Below, in pieces: positions 29,318 to 39,098 of a DNA stretch of 64,000 nucleotides; within the stretch, counting starts at the first letter, position 1, and each line of letters begins with the position of its first letter. The DNA is from Clostridiales bacterium. GTDB lineage: Bacteria; Bacillota; Clostridia; Oscillospirales; CAG-272. Position numbers and translations under genes: made by a program. The notes beneath the pieces are model-generated. The model was not told the DNA's origin. It saw only the letters and a program-made list of their open reading frames with translations, and did no database searches. The stretch is taken from positions 9,278-73,277 of the forward strand of contig DURE01000050.1 of NCBI GenBank assembly GCA_012837425.1. The letters are read 5' to 3'.

Positions 29318-30028
29318 TTATCTCCGCCTGCCCGCGATGAGTACCAGACGCAAAAGGTTCAAAAGGGCGACGGCCAGCGCCGCGACATATGTCAGGGCGG
29401 CGGCGCGGAGCACCTTGCCCGATGCTGAAAGCTCCTCGCGGCCGAGCATGCCCGAGCTCTCAAGCGTGGCCAGGGCCCGGCGGCTGGCATTGAACTCGAC
29501 AGGAAGCGTGACCAGCTGAAAGAGCACGGCCAGCGAGAAGAACATAATGCCGGCCACCATCAAGGTGTAGCCAAGACTGTTCCCGGTTGTGGAATAGGCC
29601 GAAATAATAAGGCCAATGATAAACAGGGGCATGGCGGCCTGCGAGCCGAAGGATGTGGCCGGGATTATCGCCGCGCGCAGCTTTACGGGGGCGTATCCGA
29701 CGGCATACTGCACCGCATGCCCGGCCTCATGCGCGGCCACTCCAACCGCGCCGGCCGAGGTATTGTCATATACCGCATCCGAGAGGCGGATGACATTCTG
29801 GCGCGGGTCGTAGTGATCGGTCAGCCGGCCGGGGACCCGCTCAATTCTGATATGGGTAAGGCCGTTGGCGTCAAGGATTCTGCGCGCGGCCTCGGCTCCC
29901 GACATGCCGGTGCGGAATTTGTTCATTCTTTTGAAGGTGGTACTCACATTTATCTGCGCCCAGACCGTAAATATCAGGGCCGGGATAAGCAGGATAAATG
30001 AAAAATCATAATAGAAATAGGGAGGCAT
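29318..30028 (-). CDS. Membrane zinc metallopeptidase (YugP / Zn_peptidase_2 family)
   Basis: HEAGHAVQ motif and several TM helices. Length 236 aa. Confidence 0.8.
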   Translation of the reverse strand: MPPYFYYDFSFILLIPALIFTVWAQINVSTTFKRMNKFRTGMSGAEAARRILDANGLTHIRIERVPGRLTDHYDPRQNVIRLSDAVYDNTSAGAVGVAAHEAGHAVQYAVGYAPVKLRAAIIPATSFGSQAAMPLFIIGLIISAYSTTGNSLGYTLMVAGIMFFSLAVLFQLVTLPVEFNASRRALATLESSGMLGREELSASGKVLRAAALTYVAALAVALLNLLRLVLIAGRRR

Positions 30029-30049
30029 TGATATTCTTCCTTTCAGGTT

Positions 30050-30988
30050 TTATGATAATTTATCTCCGATTGATATTCTCCGCCCCCGGATAAAGTCCTC
30101 GGCACTCATGCAGCATTTGCACTCGGGCAGAACGCGCAGCAGCCGGACCGCGCCCGAACCGCAGGCCACCACAATGCCGCGTTCAAGCGAAATTACGGTC
30201 CCGGGGGCGCCGCAGTTGTCAAGGCAGAAATCATTTGCCACCTCTGCCTCGGGCACCTTGAGCACGCAGTCGTCGGGTAGCCGGACAAAGGCCAGCGGAG
30301 AGGGCGAGAGGGCGCGGATGAGGTTGTACACCTCGCGCGCCGGCTTTGAAAAGTCGATAAGGCAGTCGCTTTTTTCAATTTTTGTGGCATATGTGGCCTT
30401 TGAGTGGTCCTGCTTTGTGCGGGTGATTTTGCCCTCCCGCAGGAGCCTCAGGGTCTTGAGCAGCGCCTCGGCGCCGGACTTGCCGAGTTTGTCGTGCAGA
30501 GTCTGGAAGTTGTCGCGCTCGTGTATCGGCACCTTGTGGGTGAGCAGAATATCCCCGGTGTCAAGCCCGTCGTCCATCTGCATAATAGTCACCCCGGTGA
30601 CACTTTTGCCATCGATTATTGCCCGCTGAATAGGGGCGGCGCCGCGGTACTCGGGCAGGAGCGAGGCATGGACATTGATGCAGCCATACTTCGGATATCC
30701 GAGAACGCTCCGGGGCAGGATTTTGCCGTAAGCGGCGACGACTATCAGCTCGGGGTCAAGCCCGGTGAGCAGTTCCGTAAATTTATCGTCCCGCAGTTTT
30801 TCGGGCTGGTATACAGGAATTCCGCGCCCGGCGGCCCAGACCTTGACCGGGGGCGGGGTGAGCCTGTACTTTCTGCCGGTTGGCCGGTCGGGCTGGGTTA
30901 TGACGCCTGCTATATTCTCGCCCGCCTCAACAAGTGCCCTGAGCGGGAACAAAGCAAAATCGGGCGTGCCCATAAATAAGGTTCTCAT
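30050..30988 (-). CDS. fmt: Methionyl-tRNA formyltransferase
   Basis: Sequence MRTLFMGTPDFALFPLRAL... and NVHASLLPEYRGAAPIQRAII. The def-fmt gene order is conserved. Confidence 0.96.
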   Translation of the reverse strand: MRTLFMGTPDFALFPLRALVEAGENIAGVITQPDRPTGRKYRLTPPPVKVWAAGRGIPVYQPEKLRDDKFTELLTGLDPELIVVAAYGKILPRSVLGYPKYGCINVHASLLPEYRGAAPIQRAIIDGKSVTGVTIMQMDDGLDTGDILLTHKVPIHERDNFQTLHDKLGKSGAEALLKTLRLLREGKITRTKQDHSKATYATKIEKSDCLIDFSKPAREVYNLIRALSPSPLAFVRLPDDCVLKVPEAEVANDFCLDNCGAPGTVISLERGIVVACGSGAVRLLRVLPECKCCMSAEDFIRGRRISIGDKLS

Positions 30989-31455
30989 TCTTCCTCGTCC
31001 CCGAGCATTTCTAACAGTATTCCATCGTCGGTAAAGAGCCGGCCGTCAAGGTGGTCGGTCTCGTGGCAGAGGGCGCGGGCAAGCAGGTCGGTGCCGCTTA
31101 CCTCAAAGGGCTCGCCCTGCCGGTTGAGTGCGCGGACCGTGACGCTTGCCGGGCGGCGGGTAATACCCCACTGGCCGGGGATTGACAGGCAGCCCTCGGG
31201 CGCCTGCTGCTCCCCCTCGGCGCATATGATTTCAGGGTTTATCAGCTCAATAAGCCCGCTCTCGGGAGTTTCTATCACAACGACGCGCCGCAGCACCCCT
31301 ACCTGCGGGGCGGCAAGCCCGCAACCGCAGGCCTCGCGCATGGTCTCGGCCATGTCGTCGAGCAAAGTAAGAATCCGCGGGGTTATTTCGGTGACCGGGC
31401 GGCTTTTGCGGCGGAGCGTCGGGTCGCCTTCTTTTAGAATTTTGAGTTTGGCCAT
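30985..31455 (-). CDS. def: Peptide deformylase
   Basis: Start at ATG 31455 (MAKLKILKEGDPTLRRKSRPV), with GGAG upstream. Motifs GLAAPQVG, EGCLSIPG and HETDHLDG. Confidence 0.96.
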   Translation of the reverse strand: MAKLKILKEGDPTLRRKSRPVTEITPRILTLLDDMAETMREACGCGLAAPQVGVLRRVVVIETPESGLIELINPEIICAEGEQQAPEGCLSIPGQWGITRRPASVTVRALNRQGEPFEVSGTDLLARALCHETDHLDGRLFTDDGILLEMLGDEEE

Positions 31456-31549
31456 TATTAATATCTCCAGTGTTCTGTGCAAATATATAAATAATTTCGG
31501 TTGCCTTCGTATGCGGTTCGTGATTTATCACATGCTTGTTTTCCGCTTA

Positions 31550-34027
31550 TTATAAGCTTGACGGGTTGAAATCAACAGTCAGAGTCGGGGTGTGCCTGCC
31601 GGCCCTGCCGGCTTCGATGAGCAGCCGGGAGAAGAGAGCGCGCGAGCGCTTGTTCAGCCGGCATTTTATAACCATTCTCATCCGGTATTTCCCGTCAACG
31701 CGGTAGACCGGCGCCTCAAACGGCCCGAAAGCTACCGTCGGGACGTCCGAGTACTCGCCGCCAAGCAGCTCATGAAGGCGGTTTGCCAGCAGCCTGGTTG
31801 CGGTGTGCAGTTCCTTTTCGTTAGGTGAGGAGAGGGTGAGGAGGACTATATCGCAAAAGGGCGGGAAGACCAGAAGTCGACGGAGGCGTATCTCGTTTTT
31901 AAAAAAGGCCTCATAGTCCTGCGCCACCGCCTGTTTTATCACATCATTCTCGGGGTTGTTGGTCTGAATTACGGCCAGCCCCTGAGAATCCCGCCGCCCG
32001 GCGCGGCCTATTACCTGGGTGAGCAGCGCGAAGGTGCGCTCGTTGGCGCGGTAGTCGTCAAGATACAGCGAAGCGTCGGCAAGGAGCACCCCCGAGAGCG
32101 CGACATCCGGGAAGTCATGTCCCTTTGTCACCATCTGTGTGCCGAGGAGAATGTCGGCCTCATGCCGCCTGAACTCTCCAATCATCCTGTCGTATGCAAA
32201 TTTGGCCGAGGTCGAATCCGAGTCCATACGCAGTATTTTGGCATCGGGGAGCAGCTCGGCAAGGTCGCGCTCAATCCGCTGCGTGCCATACCCCATGCGC
32301 ATGAGGTGGGGTGAGCTGCAGAGGGGACAGACTTCGGGCTGTCTTTGCCGCTGCCCGCACCAGTGGCAGACCAGCTTGCCGTCGTCGTAGTTTGTGCCCT
32401 TTGCGTGATAGTTCATGGCAACGCTGCAGCGCGGGCACTTTAGCGCCTCGCCGCAGGTGCGGCAGGAGACAAAGTTATTATACCCGCGTCGGTTGAGGAA
32501 GAGTATCGCCTGCTTGCCCGCGGCAAAGGTTTTTTTGAGCTCCCCGGCCAGAACACTGCCCAAGGGGTCGACATTCCCGGCCTCGGCCTCGCGGCGCATG
32601 TCGGCGAGGATGACCCGGGGCAGCGGGGCTCCGCTGTAGCGGCTGGTGAGTTTTAGCAGTGTGTATTTGCCCTCAATGCACTTCTGGTAGCTTTCGACAG
32701 ACGGGGTCGCCGAGGAGAGCAGCATAAGCGCCCGGCTATAGGCGCAGCGCCAGCGGGCGACGTCACGCGCGTGGTATTTCGGGTCGGAGTCGGATTTGTA
32801 GGTGTGTTCCTGCTCCTCGTCGATTATTATCAGCCCGAGGTGCCTCACAGGCGAAAATACCGCCGAGCGGGTGCCTATTACCAGGTCGGCCTCGCCGCGT
32901 TTGATTTTATTATATGCGTCAAGCCGCTCACCCGCCGAGAGCCCCGAATGGATAACCGCCACCCGGTTGCCGTAGCGCGAGCAGAAAATCCCGACAGACT
33001 GCGGGGTCAGCGAGATTTCGGGGAGCAAGAGAATTACCGAGCGCCCCGAGGCCAGCACCTCGTCGATTATCTTTACCATGACGCAGGTCTTTCCCGAGCC
33101 GGTCACACCGTGCAGCAGGGCGGCCTTGGCCTCGCCCGAGCGCGAGAGCGCAACCAGCGCCTCATAAGCTGCTTGCTGCTCGGGGTTTAGTATGTAGTCG
33201 GTATCTATTTTGTCGGCGGCGGCATAGGGTTCGCGATATGCCGTCTCCCGCCGGATTTCTATAATCCCCCGGTCGGCCAGCGTGCGTATCTGCTGCCGCG
33301 TCGCCCCGGTTCTCCCGACAAGCTCCTCATAACTCAGCTCGGGGACATCGAGCAGTTCAGACACCAGCTTTCGCTGCATATCGCTGCGCAGGGGGGCTGC
33401 ACCCGGTTTTTTTGCTATCGCCTCTTTGGCTTCATTATGGGATATGGCAAGCGAGCAGTATTCGCGGAAAAACTCGCGGCCGCCTTCCCTGAGCTCCACC
33501 CCGCGGGTGATAAGGCCGGCATCGATAAGCCGCTTAACAGATCCCTCCGCGCCCGCACCGAACTTAGAAATAAGCACCGCCTCGGTAACCTTTTTGCGCT
33601 CAAAAATCCAGCTTAACACGTCGGCATCGCGTTCTTTCGCGGTCCCCGGCGGGTTTTCAACAGGCATGTAATACTCAACCAGCCGGGACATCGCCGCCGC
33701 CGGTATCATCGAGCGCACCACGTCCCCGACCCGGCAGAGCGTCTGCTCCTTAATAAACATGCAGAGCCCGAGCAGCTCGTCGTCAAGCGACATGCTGTCG
33801 GGGCAGACCGAATCGATCGGTTTTATTCTGCCGTCGGTATCGGGGTGCTCGCACAGCCGGGTAACCAGCGCCAGGTGCCGCCGATTGCCCCGCCCGAAGG
33901 GCAGGGTAACAAAAGCGCCCCGGAATATACCGGGACGAAGCTGTGCGGGAATGTAATAGTCATACTCCCGGTCGATAGTATAGGGAATATCGTCAACAAG
34001 GTATACCTTGGCGTACTCGTAATTCAT
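31550..34027 (-). CDS. priA: Primosomal protein N' (replication restart helicase PriA)
   Basis: 825 aa. Walker A GVTGSGKT, DEEQEH box, and a Cys-rich zinc-binding insert (CRTCGEALKCPRCS..CHWCG..CPLC). Confidence 0.96.
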   Translation of the reverse strand: MNYEYAKVYLVDDIPYTIDREYDYYIPAQLRPGIFRGAFVTLPFGRGNRRHLALVTRLCEHPDTDGRIKPIDSVCPDSMSLDDELLGLCMFIKEQTLCRVGDVVRSMIPAAAMSRLVEYYMPVENPPGTAKERDADVLSWIFERKKVTEAVLISKFGAGAEGSVKRLIDAGLITRGVELREGGREFFREYCSLAISHNEAKEAIAKKPGAAPLRSDMQRKLVSELLDVPELSYEELVGRTGATRQQIRTLADRGIIEIRRETAYREPYAAADKIDTDYILNPEQQAAYEALVALSRSGEAKAALLHGVTGSGKTCVMVKIIDEVLASGRSVILLLPEISLTPQSVGIFCSRYGNRVAVIHSGLSAGERLDAYNKIKRGEADLVIGTRSAVFSPVRHLGLIIIDEEQEHTYKSDSDPKYHARDVARWRCAYSRALMLLSSATPSVESYQKCIEGKYTLLKLTSRYSGAPLPRVILADMRREAEAGNVDPLGSVLAGELKKTFAAGKQAILFLNRRGYNNFVSCRTCGEALKCPRCSVAMNYHAKGTNYDDGKLVCHWCGQRQRQPEVCPLCSSPHLMRMGYGTQRIERDLAELLPDAKILRMDSDSTSAKFAYDRMIGEFRRHEADILLGTQMVTKGHDFPDVALSGVLLADASLYLDDYRANERTFALLTQVIGRAGRRDSQGLAVIQTNNPENDVIKQAVAQDYEAFFKNEIRLRRLLVFPPFCDIVLLTLSSPNEKELHTATRLLANRLHELLGGEYSDVPTVAFGPFEAPVYRVDGKYRMRMVIKCRLNKRSRALFSRLLIEAGRAGRHTPTLTVDFNPSSL

Positions 34028-34041
34028 TGTGCTGCACCAAC

Positions 34042-34311
34042 TCAGGCGGTGTCATCTTTGAAAATGACATACTCGCCCCGGTGAATGCGATTGATGGAAA
34101 TTTTGATTGCCTTTTCGTCCCGGTATTCCTTGTCAATCATTGACATGAGCGGCTTGTCGGCATCATTGTTCCCGGTCTGCGACTTTTCGGCCAGCTCGCG
34201 CTGCTTGACATATTCGTCTGTGATGAGCCTTGCGCATTTTGCGGTGGCCAGCGCCAGCTCATAGCGGTTGAGTTTTCCTTGAGCAAGCTCATCTATGGTG
34301 GGAAATAACAT
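34042..34311 (-). CDS. rpoZ: DNA-directed RNA polymerase subunit omega
   Basis: Sequence MLFPTIDELAQGKLNRYELALATAKCARLI.. and its syntenic position between remA and priA. Confidence 0.85.
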   Translation of the reverse strand: MLFPTIDELAQGKLNRYELALATAKCARLITDEYVKQRELAEKSQTGNNDADKPLMSMIDKEYRDEKAIKISINRIHRGEYVIFKDDTA

Positions 34312-34390
34312 TTATACTCCTCCGTACGCTTATCGGTTTATTGCTTTACTTTTCGGGGCCGGGTTCTCAACCCGGGCCTTTGCTTTTGCT

Positions 34391-34648
34391 TTACTCGTCG
34401 GCCCCCCCGGCCTCCTCGCCCGAGGCGCGGGCAGCAAGCTTCTCGCCCGGCAGCGCCGACATGATGACATGTTCGGTATCGGTTACTATTACCGCGCGGA
34501 TTTTCCGGCCACAGGTCAGGTCCACCGCGCGGCCGTCGTCCTTGGCGTCCTGGATAAGCCGCCTTATCGGGGCCGAGTCGGGCCCGGCGACAAGGACAAT
34601 GCGCTCGGCAGCCACAAGGTTGCCGTATCCGACATTTATAAATTTCAT
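34391..34648 (-). CDS. remA: RemA/YlzA (DUF370) regulatory protein
   Basis: Sequence MKFINVGYGNLVAAERIVLVAGPDSAPIRRLIQDAKDDGRAVDLTCGRKIRAVIVTD. Confidence 0.9.
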   Translation of the reverse strand: MKFINVGYGNLVAAERIVLVAGPDSAPIRRLIQDAKDDGRAVDLTCGRKIRAVIVTDTEHVIMSALPGEKLAARASGEEAGGADE

Positions 34649-34685
34649 TGTATGCTCCGGTTTTTGGCGCTGGGCGCCGAGTTAG

Positions 34686-35567
34686 TTACTCGATATTCTG
34701 AATCTGTTCCCTGATTTTCTCAAGCTCGCACTTGCACTCGACCACAAGCTGCGCTATGGCCGCGTTCTGGCACTTTGAGCCTGCTGTGTTTACCTCGCGG
34801 TTCATTTCCTGAATAAGGAAGTCAAGCTTGCGCCCAACCGGACCCTCGAATTTTGCGGTTGTGGCAAAGGCGTCGATATGCGAGGAGAGCCGCACCAATT
34901 CTTCGTCAACCGATATACGGTCGGCAAATATCGCGCATTCGGTCAGAAGGCGGTTCTCGTCAAGCGGGATGTCAGACAGCAGGCCGCGCAGGCGCTCCTC
35001 AAGCTTCTTCCTGTAGCCTGAGACATCCACGGCCGACAATTCGGCAATAGATGCAGCATAGGCACGGAGAATTTCAAGCTTTTTTGTTACATCGTAATAA
35101 AGCCGCTGCCCCTCGGCAGCGCCGGCCTCAAGAAACCTGTCAACCGCCACCTCAAGCACACAAAGGACATCCTGCCAGTCGCGCTCGGCGTCCTCCTCGG
35201 GCGCGAGAACCCGAAAAAGGTCGCGGTTTAAGGCAACAGTCATCACGCTGATGTCGTCGACAAGGCCAAATTCGTCCCGCAGCTTTTTCAGGGCGGCGAT
35301 ATATCCCGAGGCGTAGGCCGTATCGAGCGAGACGCTGTCCTCCTCGGAGCTGACCGTCTCGACGCTGACAGTCACATCAACCTTGCCGCGGCTGATGCCT
35401 CTTGACTGAAGATAGGGCTTCACCCTTTCCTCAAGGTAGGACAGGGCGCGCGGGAGCCGGACAGAGCAGTCAAAGTAGCGGCTGTTGACCGAGCGGAGCT
35501 CGGCCGAAATATCCCTTCCGCCGACTATTTCCCGGTGTCGGCCGAAGGCGGTCATACTGCGGAACAT
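34686..35567 (-). CDS. yicC: YicC/YloC family endoribonuclease
   Basis: Start moved to ATG 35567 (MFRSMTAFGR..), preceded by GGGGGGA. The C-terminal region reads KLDFLIQEMNREVNTAGSK. Confidence 0.9.
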   Translation of the reverse strand: MFRSMTAFGRHREIVGGRDISAELRSVNSRYFDCSVRLPRALSYLEERVKPYLQSRGISRGKVDVTVSVETVSSEEDSVSLDTAYASGYIAALKKLRDEFGLVDDISVMTVALNRDLFRVLAPEEDAERDWQDVLCVLEVAVDRFLEAGAAEGQRLYYDVTKKLEILRAYAASIAELSAVDVSGYRKKLEERLRGLLSDIPLDENRLLTECAIFADRISVDEELVRLSSHIDAFATTAKFEGPVGRKLDFLIQEMNREVNTAGSKCQNAAIAQLVVECKCELEKIREQIQNIE

Positions 35568-35852
35568 GATTCCCCCCATCTGGCGACATACAATAATTTT
35601 AATACATTCTGGCCGAAATGTCAAGGTAAATATTGATACGGCAGGGATTTTAATTAAGCCTGCAGCAAACCGGACTCGGTGCCACCCTGACCTGCGGGGG
35701 GATATTAACAAAAAATTCCTTTATACGCCACGGTCGACAGGCATCTCTTGTATTCGACAGCCCGATATGGTAAAATATAAAAACCGGAAAATGCAGCACT
35801 GCGCGCCGTGAGAAATACACAGGGGCAACCGGCCCCGGAAAGGCAAGGAAGA

Positions 35853-36356
35853 ATGGATAAATTGAGGGAGATTCCGCTCGAGCAGGTGAGCAATATTTTT
35901 GGGCTGATAGGGCACGATTGGATGCTTATAACCGCAGCCAAAGACGGCGCGGTCAACACCATGACGGCAAGCTGGGGCTGTGCTGGGGTACTCTGGAACA
36001 GGCCGGTGGCAATATGCTTTATCAGGCACTCGCGCTATACATTCGAATTTGCCGAGGCGGCCGACACCATGTCGCTCTCTTTTTTCGGGGAGGAATACCG
36101 CCCGGCGCTCAACCTCTGCGGCAGGGTCAGCGGCCGGGACTGCAACAAATTTGCCGAGGCAAAACTCACGCCGGTATTTTACGGCGATACTCCATATGTT
36201 GAGGAGGCCCGGATGGTGCTGATCTGCCGCAAGCTCTATGCCGACGACATAAAGGAGGGCAATTTCATAGTCCCCAGGCTGCTGGCAAATTACCCGACGC
36301 GCGACTTCCACAGGTTTTATATACTTGAAGTTAAGGCGGCGCTGCTGCGCGAATAG
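35853..36356 (+). CDS. Flavin reductase-like FMN-binding protein
   Basis: Start at ATG 35853 after AAGGAAG. Sequence ..GHDWMLITAAKDGAVNTMTASWGCAGVLWNRPVAICFIRHSRYTFEF.. is typical of the flavin reductase fold. Confidence 0.7.
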   Translation: MDKLREIPLEQVSNIFGLIGHDWMLITAAKDGAVNTMTASWGCAGVLWNRPVAICFIRHSRYTFEFAEAADTMSLSFFGEEYRPALNLCGRVSGRDCNKFAEAKLTPVFYGDTPYVEEARMVLICRKLYADDIKEGNFIVPRLLANYPTRDFHRFYILEVKAALLRE

Positions 36357-36419
36357 GCGGCTTTTACACATATTTTCAGGCCCCGCAGAACATATCATTA
36401 TGAAAGGACATTGGCTCGG

Positions 36420-37670
36420 ATGGAACAGCAGGATAAACTGATAACCATATGCGCCGCCGCCCGGGGCGCGGCAAGAGCGGCGGCTGCGTCGGGGCAGCGC
36501 AGCATAGCGCTCGAGAAGGCGGCAGACCGCATTATGGCCGAGTGCGACACTATATTTGAGGCTAATATTGCCGATATTGAGGCCGCGCGCGACGCGGGGC
36601 TGCCCGAGGTGATACTTGAGAGGATGCAGGTCGACCGGAACAATATTGCAGCGCTTTGCGATGCGCTGCGCGAGACCGCGCACCTGCCTGACCCGCTGGG
36701 CACCGGGACGGTCAGAACCGGCCGGCGGGGAAACGAGATAAAGCGGGTAAGAGTGCCGCTTGGGGTGGTCGCCTTTGTCTATGACTGCCGCCCCGAGCTG
36801 ACCGTCCGCGCCTCGGCACTGGCTCTGAAGTCGGGGAACGCGGCACTCCTTTACACCGGCCGGTATCCGGCGACCGACATTGCCTTGATAGACGCCCTGC
36901 GCCTGGCCACAGAAGAAGCCGGGCTCAACCCCGCAATAGTCACCCGGCTTGACCCGGAGGCAGACAGGTCGCCCGAGGCGCTTGCCGGCACGCGGGGGCT
37001 GGTCGACCTGGTAATAGCCTATGGCAGCCGGGAGAGTGTCCGGCGGATTGAGGAGGGCGCGGTGGTTCCGGTAATTGAGGCCGGTCCGGGTAACGGCCAC
37101 CTCTATGTCGATTGGCCCTGCGACATTCCGCAGGCCGTAAAGGCGGCGCTTAGTTCAAAGGGCGCGCTCCCGCGCGGGTGCGACGCCCCGGCGGCCACCC
37201 TCCTGGTACACAGCGAGGCGGCGTCCGAGTTTATGCCGGCCTTCAGCCGCGCCGCGCAGCCCTATCACATTGAATACCGGGGCTGCCCCAGGACCCGTGA
37301 ATATCTCTCAGCGGCGATTCCAGCGGTAAGGGAGGACTGGGCGGCCGAGTGCTGCGAGCGCATACTTGCCATAAAGGTGGTCGACTCAATAGACGAGGCG
37401 ATAGAGCACATAAACACCTACGGAACCGGGCACAGCGAGGCGATAGTAACGCTCTCGGCGCCGAGCGCCCGGCGTTTCGGGCGCGAGGTCGACGCGGCGG
37501 CGGTTTATATCAACGCCGTGTCAAGGAATGCCGACGGCGGGGAATTCGAGCCCGGCGCGCAGGCCGGCTTTTCGGCCCGAAAATTCGGCTTCCGCGGCCC
37601 TGTTTGCCTTGAGACCCTCACAACCGACAAATATCTGATTGAAGGGGTTGGGCAGCCGACGGCAAAATAG
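36420..37670 (+). CDS. Glutamate-5-semialdehyde dehydrogenase-like protein (divergent ProA family)
   Basis: ProA-like throughout: ..RVPLGVVAFVYDCRPELTV.., GNGHLYVD, GCDAPAATLLVH, TYGTGHSEAIVT, DGGEF..G. Several normally invariant positions differ. No proB or proC is adjacent. Confidence 0.7.
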   Translation: MEQQDKLITICAAARGAARAAAASGQRSIALEKAADRIMAECDTIFEANIADIEAARDAGLPEVILERMQVDRNNIAALCDALRETAHLPDPLGTGTVRTGRRGNEIKRVRVPLGVVAFVYDCRPELTVRASALALKSGNAALLYTGRYPATDIALIDALRLATEEAGLNPAIVTRLDPEADRSPEALAGTRGLVDLVIAYGSRESVRRIEEGAVVPVIEAGPGNGHLYVDWPCDIPQAVKAALSSKGALPRGCDAPAATLLVHSEAASEFMPAFSRAAQPYHIEYRGCPRTREYLSAAIPAVREDWAAECCERILAIKVVDSIDEAIEHINTYGTGHSEAIVTLSAPSARRFGREVDAAAVYINAVSRNADGGEFEPGAQAGFSARKFGFRGPVCLETLTTDKYLIEGVGQPTAK

Positions 37671-37719
37671 CAGCAAGTCTGCTGCCGCCGCGCAGGTTTC
37701 AACGAAAAAATTTAATTTA

Positions 37720-37756
37720 AAACAAACGGGCGGCCTCCGGCCGCCCGTTTGTTTTT
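37720..37756. terminator. Bidirectional intrinsic terminator between the convergent proA-like and trx genes
   Basis: AAAACAAACGGGCGGCC-tcc-GGCCGCCCGTTTGTTTTT. It is flanked by an A-run and a T-run, and abuts the trx stop codon. Confidence 0.85.
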
Positions 37757-38081
37757 ATCGCAGCTCGGCCTCCGAGAAGGCCAGCTCGCGCAGTTCACCG
37801 GCGCCGACCGCGCCGGCTTTGCGGCCGACGACACTGCCGCCCCGCAGGACAAGGAAGGTCGGAACGCTCATGACACCAAAGCGCCGCACCAGCCCGGGGG
37901 AATTGTCGGTGTTCACGGTGCAGACCATGGTGTTGCCCCCCGACTCTCCCGCAAATTGTTCGAGTGTCTTTTGTACCGCGCGGCAGGCCGGGCAGCGGTT
38001 ATTGTAAAATTCGACAAGCACTGTTTTTCCGGGTGTGTCAAGGATACTGGCGTTGCTGTCGTCAATATCGGTAATGGGCAT
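37755..38081 (-). CDS. Thioredoxin-family protein (CPAC active site)
   Basis: ATG 38081 preceded by GAGGTGA. Sequence MPITDIDDSNASILDTPGKTVLVEFYNNRCPACRAVQKTLEQFA...MSVPTFLVLRGG. Confidence 0.85.
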   Translation of the reverse strand: MPITDIDDSNASILDTPGKTVLVEFYNNRCPACRAVQKTLEQFAGESGGNTMVCTVNTDNSPGLVRRFGVMSVPTFLVLRGGSVVGRKAGAVGAGELRELAFSEAELR

Positions 38082-38106
38082 AATTTTCACCTCGGATATG
38101 GTTTTT
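37977..38106 (-). repeat. Direct repeat copy A (about 130 bp): trx RBS plus the first 35 codons
   Basis: Aligns with 38994..39124 with about 11 mismatches, counted by eye. Confidence 0.85.
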
Positions 38107-38256
38107 ATTAGTATGCCCCGGCTGCCCGGCCCGAAACAGGGAGGATAATGGAAAACCAGAAAAGCGCGCCCCATTTGCTCATAAATTTACATAAAATACT
38201 TATGAAACCATGCGGCAATAATCAGCTAATATTATAATTACCGCAATATATGCCCG

Positions 38257-39091
38257 TTGCTTTTCGGCGCGGGCTGCACATCGCAGGCAACCGGCGGCAA
38301 CGAAACTGAAATTGAGGATTCGACCATAAAAGAATTTGAGGAAAGCAATATAGCACAGACAGAACCCTTTAGCAATACATCACAAGCCGATGTCTACGGT
38401 TTGAGGGTAATATCACCGATTGAATATTACTGGATTCAGCGTGACGGCATGCTGATAACATTTTCTTCGGATTCAAATAGATGAAATTTATAAGGATATA
38501 AAGGTATATTATCCCGACAAAAAATTTGTGGTTGCCCGGGGAACCGTGATTGAAGATTATTACAAAGCGCTTCCGGCCGGCGAGGTTATTGGTATTGAAG
38601 TTAAAACTGATACCAGTGAACATATAGCCGGTGTGCTGTCAGGGGCCGATTACTGGATTGTATACCTTCGAAATATCACAAAAAGAACATTATATCTTGT
38701 TGCGGACAATACGGCAGACGGATATTACCAACAGACAAAACTAACGTCGGGAGATTTGATCCCCATAAAGGACGGTAAGGTATGCTACGATGTGTTGAAA
38801 GGATGTTATGGTTATGAAGACTATATCAGATACTATAATCCTCATCCTCATATGCGATTGCTTGGCAACGGGGATTCACTCGAAGCCGCGGCCGCGGCAA
38901 TAACCGACCTGTATGATGGCCGGAGAAAGTTACACATGGATCTGGCCGGAGGGTTGGTGGTAGGACTACTGAGCCGGGAACAATACCCCGCGTCGCGCGG
39001 CAGGCCGGGCAGCGGTTATTGTAAAATTCGACAAGTACAGTTTTCCCGGGCGTGTCAAGAATACCGGCGCTGTTGTCTCCAATATCGGTAA
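38257..39091 (+). pseudogene. Degraded lipoprotein-like gene inside the AT-rich insert (5'-truncated and frameshifted)
   Basis: The first ORF begins in the middle of a signal peptide (..LLFGAGC lipobox) with an in-frame stop just upstream. It ends at 38484, while a second frame is open from 38459, near a TTTT run. The second ORF runs antisense into the trx fragment. GC content is visibly lower than in the flanks. Confidence 0.5.
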
Positions 39092-39098
39092 TGGGCAT
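38826..39098 (-). pseudogene. Truncated thioredoxin gene fragment: the first 35 codons fused to unrelated sequence
   Basis: MPITDIGDNSAGILDTPGKTVLVEFYNNRCPACRA, then unrelated TRGIVPGSVV... The rest of the Trx fold is missing. Confidence 0.75.
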
